A DNA stretch of 51,830 nucleotides, taken from the IMG/VR virus record IMGVR_UViG_3300033144_008177, positions 1 to 51,830 of that record; one strand, given 5' to 3'. Under the pieces are notes generated by a model. It searched no databases. It had not been told where the DNA came from and saw only the letters and a program-made list of their open reading frames with translations. Below are positions 15,922 through 25,427 of this stretch, in pieces (position 1 is the first letter of the stretch; every line of letters begins with the position of its first letter). The position numbers and the translations under genes are program-made. The stretch is from a virus.

Positions 15922-16046
15922 CTATTTTATAAATAAATATAAAATCTATTATGAAAAATTATAAAACATATATACAACTTTAACTAAAAGTTGTTATGCT
16001 TTTTTAAACGTATATACAAAAAAAGTATATACAACTATTTTATAAC

Positions 16047-16079
16047 AAAAAAGGTGAACCAATTTCTTGGCTCACCTTT
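16047..16079 (-). terminator. Intrinsic terminator after the major capsid gene
   Basis: Minus strand AAAGGTGAGCCAA-GAAA-TTGGTTCACCTTT followed by TTT. Confidence 0.8.
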
Positions 16080-16109
16080 AATTTTATACTACTGCTATAA
16101 CCCCTTTGT

Positions 16110-16982
16110 TTAAGAGGCGTTAGCATCTTCCATATTAATACGAGAGATAGCATAATCGTTAATAACGACAATTCCTACCTCTTCATATATTACCCATCCT
16201 AATCTAAGTTTCTTAGGATCATCAGCTGGAAGAACTGTTATGTCCTGTCTGATTGGGAAAGCACCCACTGTCTCAGGCGAAGAAACAAGAAGGACTACAG
16301 TGCTGGTCATTCTTGAGCTAACATGTATGTCAGCTGTCCAAAGATGACCATAAAGACCAGTTGTGATGATTTCTCTCTGAGTTGCCTCATCGAAGAAATC
16401 CTTACCAAAAGTTCTAATGCTAGCATACTGGAAAGCATGAGTAACGATCTTAGCTGTAACTAGATCATGTTGCTCAATCTGCTTAAATGCTTCATTAAGA
16501 GCCTGGACTGTAAGAGTTCCATAGTTAGTAATTGTTTGTGCTGATTGACAAGCTGTCAAAAGAGCATTAAAAATATTACTATCTTCCTCTTTCTGGATAG
16601 CTTCTTTAGCTTTGATCTGTGCTCTGTCTACAATGTAGAATCTACGAGCCTTGATCTCACTAAGACGTACTGTTGGATTTGCTGCGATTTCAAAAGTAGG
16701 AACCAACACTTCCTCCCCTTCCTGAATTTGATCAGGTACAGCGCCACGACGAGAAATGATCCAAGCAATTGCTGCAACATCTCTCTCGTAACGAGCAAGA
16801 GCACCTTGAGGTAACTCATCAACCATGAGAAGCTTTCTTCCTACTGCCTGATACTCAAGTGACCTACGAATTGGCTCTACCATTGCCTGAGCAAGGGCAG
16901 TACGACCTTCGTCTGTTTCAAGAGCTTGCGCGATTATCATTTCTTTATCTTGATCTGAAAGACCTGTTTTATTAAGAGCCAT
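16110..16982 (-). CDS. Major capsid protein (HK97-like fold)
   Basis: Follows the protease/scaffold and decoration-like gene, has a strong RBS AAGGAG and its own terminator. N-terminal AMVEPIRRSLEY and C-terminal GWVIYEEVGIVV are compatible with HK97-type capsids. Confidence 0.8.
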   Translation of the reverse strand: MALNKTGLSDQDKEMIIAQALETDEGRTALAQAMVEPIRRSLEYQAVGRKLLMVDELPQGALARYERDVAAIAWIISRRGAVPDQIQEGEEVLVPTFEIAANPTVRLSEIKARRFYIVDRAQIKAKEAIQKEEDSNIFNALLTACQSAQTITNYGTLTVQALNEAFKQIEQHDLVTAKIVTHAFQYASIRTFGKDFFDEATQREIITTGLYGHLWTADIHVSSRMTSTVVLLVSSPETVGAFPIRQDITVLPADDPKKLRLGWVIYEEVGIVVINDYAISRINMEDANAS

Positions 16983-17060
16983 AATATTCTCCTTATTTCT
17001 ATTTTTAGGTATCTCTTAAAATCCTAAAATATAGCTTTGTTAATATTTTTTTAACTAATA

Positions 17061-17603
17061 TTACATTCTCAAAATGAGTGAAATGTAATTACCAAGAGTA
17101 ATACTACCATCAGTAGTATCTGTTCCAGGAACTCCACTTGGATATGCTGTGGTAGAACTTGCTGCGATAGCAATAAAATCGTTAGCATTGTTACCAGCAG
17201 AACCTGCCCAGTAACCAACACCTGTACCAGCCTGCATCAAATTACCAGCAGTAACACCAGCTGGGGCATCGAACAAGTCAGTACTGACCCAGAATTTTCC
17301 GCCACCAGTGTAAACTGTAATTCTCTGTGATGCTGCTGTCTCATTGTAAAAGTCACTAACTCTATTCTCTGTCCAACGATTTGCTGCACCATTAGCACCA
17401 ATTACAACCTGTGCTGAGTAAGCTGTTGTTTGACCTTCAGCTGAGAGAAAAGAATCACCGGCAATACCGATAGCAGCTTCGCTTGTAGTTACAGCTGGGA
17501 CAACTAATCCTGCTGCAAATTCCACGCACATACCAGCTGTGATAGATGTTCCACCTACTGGATAATGATCAGCAACTACATGCTGTTCAACTATAATAGC
17601 CAT
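17061..17603 (-). CDS. Capsid decoration/cement-like protein
   Basis: 180 aa, small-residue-rich, located between protease and capsid genes. RBS AGGAG. Confidence 0.55.
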   Translation of the reverse strand: MAIIVEQHVVADHYPVGGTSITAGMCVEFAAGLVVPAVTTSEAAIGIAGDSFLSAEGQTTAYSAQVVIGANGAANRWTENRVSDFYNETAASQRITVYTGGGKFWVSTDLFDAPAGVTAGNLMQAGTGVGYWAGSAGNNANDFIAIAASSTTAYPSGVPGTDTTDGSITLGNYISLILRM

Positions 17604-17623
17604 AATAATCTCCTATTTTTTAA

Positions 17624-20600
17624 TTATTTACTAAAAACTTTTCTTAATTGAGTTGTAGTATCATCACTTGCTATTTTATTCTGTTTTTCAAGAGTAAATA
17701 ATCCTTGCAACTTATCTGACAACTCTTCATTAGCATTTCTCATGCTACTATTCTCATTTATTTGCACGGCTTGAGATATACCGTCTGAAACAGTGTCAAG
17801 TCCTTTTTGACCAGCGAAAATCGCTTTTTCAAAATCTCTTATTTGAGCAGGCTTATAAGTTTTGAGTTCATTAACTTTACTCTGTAGCTCTGATGCATCT
17901 ATTTTATTAGCTGCTATCATTTTTCCAGCTACCCTATAAGCTTCGGACTCAGAATCGCTATTTGCGATTACTGTACCTTTATCTTTTGTTGTTTTTTCTG
18001 AATCTAATTCTTCTTTACCCATTTGGGCATTACCTGTGAACACTTCTGGTTGATCTGCTGGCTCTTTTGGAGCTGAACCAACTGTCTCACTTTCATGTCC
18101 GATAAGTGACTCAGTTGCTCCGCCTTCTACACTATTAGGTTCGTCAGCAGTGAACTTATCTTCTTTTCCTATTGTGCTTCCATCTCCAGCATCAATTGGC
18201 TGAATATCTGGATCATCCGCTACAGGCTTCTTTGGTTCCATTTTTTTAGCAATTCTATCTGCAAGAGCAGATAAACTGTCTTTAGAGGTTCCAAAACCCT
18301 TCATATGATAAAGATCATCATCTGTTGAAGCCAACTCTGTTTTACCTTGTCCATCGGTTCCACCAGTAAATCTATTATCTCCACCACCCAATCCAACTTC
18401 TTTCTCATGACCCATTGTAGCATCATCAGAAGGAACAACTGGAAGAGGTTTATCTTGTGGATTAAGATCACTTGGTTCTTGACCCATTGTAGCATTGTCT
18501 CTTGGTACACTTGGTTTTTGTGGAGTTCTAATGGTTTCACTTTCATGACCCATTTCACTTCCACCTTCACCAGCTGTATAAGTTCCTATATCGGGACTGT
18601 CTTGTGCTTTCTCTTGTGAAATTTCTTTTTCTCCCGCAGTTTTATTAATAGCTGCGATAACAGAAGAAAGATCCATTTGAGGCTTTCCAACTTGTCCAAT
18701 TGCTCCACTCATAATTAAGGCTTCCTTATAATCCATACCATCATTATCATTTACATTTCCAGCTTCTTTTTCAAAATCCTCTTTTTTTTCTGCAAAAGCT
18801 GATCCGCCACCTGTTGGTTCTCCATTAACTGTAATCTTAACAGATCCGCCCCCGCCATAAGAATCATCACAAGGCTCTCCAATACCGCCCATGCCTTCTG
18901 GTGTTTCGCTATCAAACATTGTCATATCTTTACCTTCTTCTATAGGGGCTTCTTCGCCTTCCACAGGCACTTCTCCACCTTCCATAGAATTCATATCTCC
19001 ACCATCTAAATCACCTGGCGCAACTTCTTCTATTGGAGCTTCATCACTTATTCCGCCTTCATCACCTATTCCGCCTTCATCACCTATTCCGCCTTCATCT
19101 ATTCCTTCTTCTCCGATTCCACCCGTTGCTTCATCCACTGCAGAACCAAGTTGTTCAGCAACATCTGATGGAAGCTCGATTGTTACAGTACCACCATCAA
19201 TGCCTTCATCAATATTTTCGAATGGATCTTCTTCTTCTCCCATTCCTATATCATCAACAGGTTCTCCCATAGAATCTTGCTCTTCATCAATAATCTGTGA
19301 TGTAACACTAAGTTGATCTGCAAAAATATAATCAGATTGAACCATGGCAGATTTCAATGTTGTACAAATTACTGCTGATTCTCTTAATGAATAACCATTT
19401 CTAACTTGATCTGTAATACACTCTTCATCTCCATCACAATCTGACCAAATCGAAGCAACTTTTGTTGCTAATTTAGTAGTATAAACATCAGCCTTTTTAA
19501 GTCTATTACATACAGACTCAGCAAGATTTTCACCTTCATCTGGTCCGCTCAAACAGATAGCATCTTTTCCAAATCTACGTGCTAATTTCTCAATACAAGA
19601 TTCGACTGGGAATTTATCTCCATAGTTGCCATAAGCAAGTTTATAATCTTCTACTACTGAACCTTCTTTAGCAGCAACTTTCATCAGTGCTCCAGACTTA
19701 TTCATTTTTACAATAATATCAACTTTATCTTTAAGCTCTAACTCATTAAATTTAGCTTCTGTAAGTTCTACAGAAGAAAGAGCTTTAATAAATCTTTGTT
19801 TTGCTCTCGAACAAGATGGGCATTCTACTCCAGCGACTTTTGGTTTCCATTCCCACTGTGCATAGGCCTTGTTGCCATCTTTAGAAACAATGCAAGAAAC
19901 TTTATATTTTGTACCAGTGTCTAAACATACATACTGCTCATCATCCATTTTAAGAGTATTTATAGTTCCAGTTATTGGACTGACTGATCCAAGTATAATA
20001 TTTTGACTTCCAATTTTCTTAAGTGCTTCTGGAAGTAAACGAGTATAAGCAGCCATAGCTGGCATTCCAGCTTCTCCTGCCATTCCTCCACCCATACCTG
20101 GCTCTTCTGCTCCAAGCTCTGGCTCTTCAGTAGGCATTTCAAAACCTTCTCCCTCTCCAAGTCCACCAAGCTCTTCAGCCTCATCACCAGTAGGAGTTAC
20201 ACCTTCCCACTTAGTAACATTAACTTCAACTTTATATGTCATTTCTGAACCACAGTTATTACATTTTCCTTTTCCAGAAATGATATCAACATCATCACTT
20301 CCACAAACTGGGCAAATAGATCCTGGAGGTTTTGCCTCAAGATTTTCTTCATCGAAGCCACCCTCTTCATCCGCCATTGGATCTTCTGTGAAATTCTCCA
20401 TTGGAGGAACTTCTGCTCCAGGCGATCCTGGTAATGCTGCTCCTGCTCCAGGTGCTTGTGCTGCTCCACCTTGACCACCCATTTCTCCACCCATCATTTG
20501 AGCTTGTTTAATCTCAGACTTTGCTGCTGCTATAGGGTTCATTGAAGGTCTATTCTGATCTTGTCCTTGACCCATTCCCATTCCTGCTTGATCTCCACCT

Positions 20601-23600
20601 TCCATAGGTTTCATATCATTTGTTTCTTCACCGTTATTATCAGCTTCGATATCTTCAACTGGTCCTTCAATAATATCTCCTATATCATCAGGACAAACAG
20701 TTTCTTCTGCTCCTTCTTGGATATCAATAAGCAGTTCTCCACCATCACCAACTTCTATCTTAATAATAGCAGAAGCGTCTACACCGTCATCGTCAATCAT
20801 TTCTTGTGCGAGTTTTTTAACTCCTGCTAAGAAAGCAACTTTATCTGTAATAGGGGCATCAACATCACTTACAGATGCTCTGATCTGATATTTGCCATCT
20901 TCTGGTCTATCCATTATTTTAAGAGCTTTATCAAAACCATCTGCTTTAGACATAATAGTTTTAGTACTATCATCTTCCATTCTTTTAGCAACTTTTTCTT
21001 GTACTTTCTTATATGCTGTTTTGTTATTTGTAGCATGATAAATAGAATCAAAAAGATCTTCTGCTCTCATGGCAAACTGACCATTGTCAGAAGCTGCCAA
21101 TATAAGAGCATCTATTCCTGAGATTTTATTATGAGTAGCTGCTGTCTTGCAGAAATAAGCTATATTTTGAGTTAACGCTTCTTTGTCATCTGCCTTTTGA
21201 GGAAGAGAATTAACAACAGCCAAAAAAGCTGCTTTATCTTTTGTAGCACTATCGTCATTAATAATAGTAGCTGCCTTCACTATCTCATTAGGAGATTTTT
21301 TATATTTAACAACAGCATCAACAATTGTATTAATTGCTGTTTTCATAAGAGATACGGAATAATCTGAACTAGCCCATCTCTTAAGTCCATCAGTCATAGT
21401 CATATTTCTAAGTTGATCTTCAGTAATAGTTTCAACATTACCAATAAATTTATGTTTACTAAGAAGGTCTCTTATTTGAGCTTGAGTTATAGATTCAGTA
21501 TAATCTTCTGGCAAATCACCAGCAATATCTCGGCTAAAATCATCCCATTGTTTTTCTGTAATAACATCTGGGTATTCAACAAAATGAGTTATAGCACTAC
21601 CCAGAGCACTTTCTGATTTAAGTTGATCTTCGGTAGTTGTCTCATATGTTCCAAGTCGAACTTGAGGACTATCACTAGTAGTATCGTTAGATTGCTCTGT
21701 TCCGCCAATCTGTTCTTTACTTTCAGTAATACTTTCATAAACGGTTTCTGTTCTGGGGTGAAGATTTTCCTGTTTCTTCTCCAATTGCTTCTCCGTAATC
21801 ACTTCTAGATTTTCAGTTCCCGCTGCTGTTTTTGTGGTTTTATCAGTAGCCATAATTGCTCCTATTTCATTATTATTTTGTTTTTCTTGTATTTTATGCA
21901 CTCTTTGCTTCAAAGACGATACCTTATTACTTACATTTTCACTTATTTTAGAAAAATCCTCTTTTTTATTTGAAGATTTCTGAGGAAGAGTTACATTTCC
22001 TAGCCCTCCAAGGTCCTCTTGGGAGCTAGATCCACCTCCTGGAGCAACCATTTGCGGCTCAGGGGTTTGTACTGGTTCTGGGAATGGTGCTGGCACTTCA
22101 GTCTCTTCACCTGCCGTTACTGGTGGAGATGGCAACGCTGCATAGCCCATCTCAACAAGCTCATCTAAAATTCCCTGAACATCTGCCATAGCCTTAACTA
22201 GATCAGAAACATATTCCATTGAAACATTATCTTTTTGTTTCAACATACTTTTAACAACCATTTCCATCTCATTCATGCTACTCTTAAGAGAGTTAATTTC
22301 ATTAACCCCTCCTAATTTCTCAATAGCTTTAGCAGTTGCTGATTCTTTAGTAAATTCGCTACTAGCGTCTTTAACTAATCTATTTATAACTTTAGAAAAC
22401 TCAGCAACCTTTTTCTGAAGCTCTGGAACATGAAGAACACAAGTAACCCCGCACTCATGACATGCTGGGTTGACAACAAATGAATTTTCAATAAATTTCA
22501 ATCCATAATTATGTTCATAAATCATCTGTTCTGCATGTTTTATACTTTTACTTTCTTCTTTCTCACATCCACACAATGGGCATTTTTCATCTGTATCTGT
22601 TTTGCTCTGATGATAAGAACAGTTTATACTGCCATTATATTTTCTATTTTTTCTATTAGAAACGTGAGTACAATACTCATCTGATGTATTTGCCATATTG
22701 TGACAAACTGAACAGAGGCTATATTCTACAGAACAATTTTTTACAACAACACCTTCTACGATATAAGAATGATCTTCCTCTACTTCTATATTGTAAACAG
22801 GTTCTGTATTATATTCTTTCTCAATTTTTTTAATAGGCATTACAATATAATCATCTGCTTGCCTAAACCAAGAATCTCTATATTCTCCCTCTACTATTCT
22901 ATCAATACCTAATACTTCGTTTAATTTTTGAGATTCCTTACACCCAAAAACTAAAATCCAATATGGTTTTTTCCCATTTTTTATCGCTCTTTCTTTTATA
23001 TATTCAGTCGTCGAATATATCCCTAATCTAGATGTAATAAATTTCATTTGATTATGTAGGGTCTCAGAACAAGTTGTCCCACTAATATTTTGATATAATT
23101 TTCCATTCTGAGCATAAATATTTCTACAAGTTCCATCTCCATTTATCCACGCAGCTAAAATATGTTTTTGAATTTCTGGATCCCAAAATAAACATTTTTT
23201 ATTTAATGTTTTTGTATGAGAATATTCCCCACAATAATTAAAGAACCACTGAGCGACATCTCTACCATATAAACGGATCATAAGAATATCTCTATCGGGT
23301 CTTTCTTGTATTTTTGGTTCTAATGTCCCATCAAAGACTTTTCTTAATAAACCTATAACTTCTTTTCCTAAAGTATCTTTTTCTTTTGATAAACAAAAAT
23401 TAAATTCTACAGCAACTCTATTACCCTTATATTTAAGATAACTACCTTCTGCTAAAAAATAACCTATTAACCTCGCTTTGTCAGATGTAGCATCGGAATC
23501 TTCAACAATTTCTTTAGAAATGGGAAAAGAAACCATATCTCCTTCTTTGAGGTCTTCTGATTTTTTCCATTCAAAATCGAACTGATCTAATTCACCATTT

Positions 23601-24409
23601 TTTAAAGCAATTTTATATTCTTCTTGTTGGTAAACTCCTCCCTTAGTCCTTCTTCTATATCTATTTCTCATAGACTTAGGAACACCGATATCTTGTCCTG
23701 TAATATAACATTTAGTTTGTTCTTGTAGGACATAAAATGGATGTTCTTTTGTAGCACAAATCTCATTAGACAAACCTTCAACTTTTATTTTATAAATCAA
23801 ATCATTAGTTTTGTCTTCATGTCTTTGAAGATTTTTAACTTTTCTCACTCTGCCCTTATGAGTTATAACTTCATCACCTTTTTTAATATCGTATATATAC
23901 TTATAACTAGAATCTGCCATTAAGACCCTATTATGCCCCAAAAAACACCCCATACTAGTTCCTGATATATATCCCTCTTCTATTCCTCTTGCCAATTTTG
24001 GATAAGCTACTTTATCTACTCTACCGATAATATAGATACCACCTTCTTCTTTATCATACCAAGAATGGACACACTCCCCTCTTGATTTTTCAACATCATC
24101 ATTTTGGTGATTAGTAAAGAGTGGTACTCCAACAAAGGTAGGAGCAGCTTTCTTTAATTGAGTCGCATCAAATGCATCTCCATTATCATTTGGCTCATCT
24201 TTCTTAATTGCAAAGATTTTTATATACAAATGATCTGGGTGTTTAGATGTAGCTTCTTTTAAATCAAATCCACCTAAGTCTTCACTATTAGAAGTTTTAG
24301 ATGCTGTTTTAATTTTGTTAGGTAGATTATAGATTTCCCAACCTTTCGGCTTATTTAAAGCTTCTACTGAGCATCGATATGAAAATGTTGCTATTTTATG
24401 TATTGCCAT
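17624..24409 (-). CDS. Prohead protease/scaffold polyprotein with intein, 2261 aa
   Basis: N-terminal NDNGDAF..FTNH..GxSMG is a prohead-protease-like domain, followed by CxxC clusters and a long acidic low-complexity scaffold region. Lies between portal and capsid genes. Confidence 0.75.
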   Translation of the reverse strand: MAIHKIATFSYRCSVEALNKPKGWEIYNLPNKIKTASKTSNSEDLGGFDLKEATSKHPDHLYIKIFAIKKDEPNDNGDAFDATQLKKAAPTFVGVPLFTNHQNDDVEKSRGECVHSWYDKEEGGIYIIGRVDKVAYPKLARGIEEGYISGTSMGCFLGHNRVLMADSSYKYIYDIKKGDEVITHKGRVRKVKNLQRHEDKTNDLIYKIKVEGLSNEICATKEHPFYVLQEQTKCYITGQDIGVPKSMRNRYRRRTKGGVYQQEEYKIALKNGELDQFDFEWKKSEDLKEGDMVSFPISKEIVEDSDATSDKARLIGYFLAEGSYLKYKGNRVAVEFNFCLSKEKDTLGKEVIGLLRKVFDGTLEPKIQERPDRDILMIRLYGRDVAQWFFNYCGEYSHTKTLNKKCLFWDPEIQKHILAAWINGDGTCRNIYAQNGKLYQNISGTTCSETLHNQMKFITSRLGIYSTTEYIKERAIKNGKKPYWILVFGCKESQKLNEVLGIDRIVEGEYRDSWFRQADDYIVMPIKKIEKEYNTEPVYNIEVEEDHSYIVEGVVVKNCSVEYSLCSVCHNMANTSDEYCTHVSNRKNRKYNGSINCSYHQSKTDTDEKCPLCGCEKEESKSIKHAEQMIYEHNYGLKFIENSFVVNPACHECGVTCVLHVPELQKKVAEFSKVINRLVKDASSEFTKESATAKAIEKLGGVNEINSLKSSMNEMEMVVKSMLKQKDNVSMEYVSDLVKAMADVQGILDELVEMGYAALPSPPVTAGEETEVPAPFPEPVQTPEPQMVAPGGGSSSQEDLGGLGNVTLPQKSSNKKEDFSKISENVSNKVSSLKQRVHKIQEKQNNNEIGAIMATDKTTKTAAGTENLEVITEKQLEKKQENLHPRTETVYESITESKEQIGGTEQSNDTTSDSPQVRLGTYETTTEDQLKSESALGSAITHFVEYPDVITEKQWDDFSRDIAGDLPEDYTESITQAQIRDLLSKHKFIGNVETITEDQLRNMTMTDGLKRWASSDYSVSLMKTAINTIVDAVVKYKKSPNEIVKAATIINDDSATKDKAAFLAVVNSLPQKADDKEALTQNIAYFCKTAATHNKISGIDALILAASDNGQFAMRAEDLFDSIYHATNNKTAYKKVQEKVAKRMEDDSTKTIMSKADGFDKALKIMDRPEDGKYQIRASVSDVDAPITDKVAFLAGVKKLAQEMIDDDGVDASAIIKIEVGDGGELLIDIQEGAEETVCPDDIGDIIEGPVEDIEADNNGEETNDMKPMEGGDQAGMGMGQGQDQNRPSMNPIAAAKSEIKQAQMMGGEMGGQGGAAQAPGAGAALPGSPGAEVPPMENFTEDPMADEEGGFDEENLEAKPPGSICPVCGSDDVDIISGKGKCNNCGSEMTYKVEVNVTKWEGVTPTGDEAEELGGLGEGEGFEMPTEEPELGAEEPGMGGGMAGEAGMPAMAAYTRLLPEALKKIGSQNIILGSVSPITGTINTLKMDDEQYVCLDTGTKYKVSCIVSKDGNKAYAQWEWKPKVAGVECPSCSRAKQRFIKALSSVELTEAKFNELELKDKVDIIVKMNKSGALMKVAAKEGSVVEDYKLAYGNYGDKFPVESCIEKLARRFGKDAICLSGPDEGENLAESVCNRLKKADVYTTKLATKVASIWSDCDGDEECITDQVRNGYSLRESAVICTTLKSAMVQSDYIFADQLSVTSQIIDEEQDSMGEPVDDIGMGEEEDPFENIDEGIDGGTVTIELPSDVAEQLGSAVDEATGGIGEEGIDEGGIGDEGGIGDEGGISDEAPIEEVAPGDLDGGDMNSMEGGEVPVEGEEAPIEEGKDMTMFDSETPEGMGGIGEPCDDSYGGGGSVKITVNGEPTGGGSAFAEKKEDFEKEAGNVNDNDGMDYKEALIMSGAIGQVGKPQMDLSSVIAAINKTAGEKEISQEKAQDSPDIGTYTAGEGGSEMGHESETIRTPQKPSVPRDNATMGQEPSDLNPQDKPLPVVPSDDATMGHEKEVGLGGGDNRFTGGTDGQGKTELASTDDDLYHMKGFGTSKDSLSALADRIAKKMEPKKPVADDPDIQPIDAGDGSTIGKEDKFTADEPNSVEGGATESLIGHESETVGSAPKEPADQPEVFTGNAQMGKEELDSEKTTKDKGTVIANSDSESEAYRVAGKMIAANKIDASELQSKVNELKTYKPAQIRDFEKAIFAGQKGLDTVSDGISQAVQINENSSMRNANEELSDKLQGLFTLEKQNKIASDDTTTQLRKVFSK
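22736..23947 (-). mobile_element. Intein (404 aa) with LAGLIDADG endonuclease in the protease gene
   Basis: TSMG|CFLGHNRVLMAD...YNIEVEEDHSYIVEGVVVKN|CSVE. Block B ATKEHPF; endonuclease motifs LIGYFLAEGS and AAWINGDG. Confidence 0.93.
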
Positions 24410-24433
24410 TTTATTTTCCTTATCAAATTATTT

Positions 24434-24781
24434 TTAAAAAGCTCCAAGTGTAGCATCTCCAAGTTCAGGATAATCTGTGGTAGGCGTAGAATCTCTCATT
24501 GGTTTTGTATGGAGACTTGGAATTTTTTCTAATCTTTTATCTTGCTCTTCGGGAGAATATCCTCTTCTAGTTAATTCTGCTCTATAAACAGATGCTTGGT
24601 CGTAATATTTTCCCTCATTAGCACTAGGGGTTTTAATAGCTTCAATAGCATCACTTAAAGCATTAAACAAAGAATCTGTATCTGTTACTTTTGCTTTTGC
24701 TCTTTCTTTAGTAAAATCAACGGTATAAGGATCATATCCTTCAAATGTATTAGCATATTTTGCTGTTCTTATAATTTTCAC
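24434..24781 (-). CDS. Hypothetical head-associated protein
   Basis: Likely GTG start at 24781 with GGGGAGG RBS (MKIIRTAKYA...), rather than the track start at 24853. Confidence 0.6.
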   Translation of the reverse strand: MKIIRTAKYANTFEGYDPYTVDFTKERAKAKVTDTDSLFNALSDAIEAIKTPSANEGKYYDQASVYRAELTRRGYSPEEQDKRLEKIPSLHTKPMRDSTPTTDYPELGDATLGAF

Positions 24782-24951
24782 TATAATTCCTCCCCACAGC
24801 GAGAGCAGTATTTGGAATTTCCAATAACAATCATTTTTCCGCAGCAAGGACAAAAAGCTGTTTTTATATCTTTAATAGCTTCTTTTACTTGCTCAGTTCT
24901 CACACCAAAAGTATAATTTTTATTATCTTTTTGTCCACATTTAAGTATCAT
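24781..24951 (-). CDS. Small zinc-ribbon protein, 56 aa (not in ORF track)
   Basis: GGAG RBS; MILKCGQKD...FCPCCGKMIVIGNSKYCSRCGEEL. The TAG overlaps the next gene's GTG. Confidence 0.7.
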   Translation of the reverse strand: MILKCGQKDNKNYTFGVRTEQVKEAIKDIKTAFCPCCGKMIVIGNSKYCSRCGEEL

Positions 24952-24979
24952 GATATATCTCCAAAAACACTATCTTTTT

Positions 24980-25006
24980 ATATTCAGAATAGGGATAAAA
25001 AATCCT
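24980..25006 (-). promoter_or_regulatory. Late-type promoter AGGATT-N15-GAATAT
   Basis: Exact consensus, located in the intergenic gap. Confidence 0.65.
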
Positions 25007-25016
25007 CTATTTATAT

Positions 25017-25427
25017 TTAACCCTTTACGTGCCTAGGTATTTCAACATCAGCCAAATCGTCTAGGGTATAATTAGGAGCACCTCTTGGAAACTTTATTCC
25101 CCACTTCTCAACAGCATGACTGAGAGCGGCTACTGAGCTAAAAAAATATTCTCCAGCAGGAGCATAAACTTTAGCTTTTGGATCATCTGGTAATTTTTTA
25201 ATTCCCGCAAAAAATCTTTTCTTCATTTCTTTAGTAAGAGATGGCCCAACTATAATAAAATAATCAGAATCAGTTGTATAATCATGACCTTCCCATCTTA
25301 TATAAGCCAAAGGTCCTATTGTTTTATTAAAACGTTCTCTTAATTTCTCAGATCTTTCATGGAATCTTTGTTCCCATTTTATTCCTCGATCTTTAATTCT
25401 TTTTCTACCTGCTGTTTTAATCTCCAT
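25017..25427 (-). CDS. Hypothetical protein
   Basis: 136-aa ORF overlapping the portal stop. Confidence 0.6.
   Translation of the reverse strand: MEIKTAGRKRIKDRGIKWEQRFHERSEKLRERFNKTIGPLAYIRWEGHDYTTDSDYFIIVGPSLTKEMKKRFFAGIKKLPDDPKAKVYAPAGEYFFSSVAALSHAVEKWGIKFPRGAPNYTLDDLADVEIPRHVKG

Noticed and set aside
24761-24777. 16/17-nt match between spacer 6551-6580 and the gene at 24434..24781 (self-targeting?)
   Set aside because: The match covers only the PAM-distal half and the seed is unmatched. A rough estimate suggests such a hit is expected by chance across 25 spacers in AT-rich DNA.
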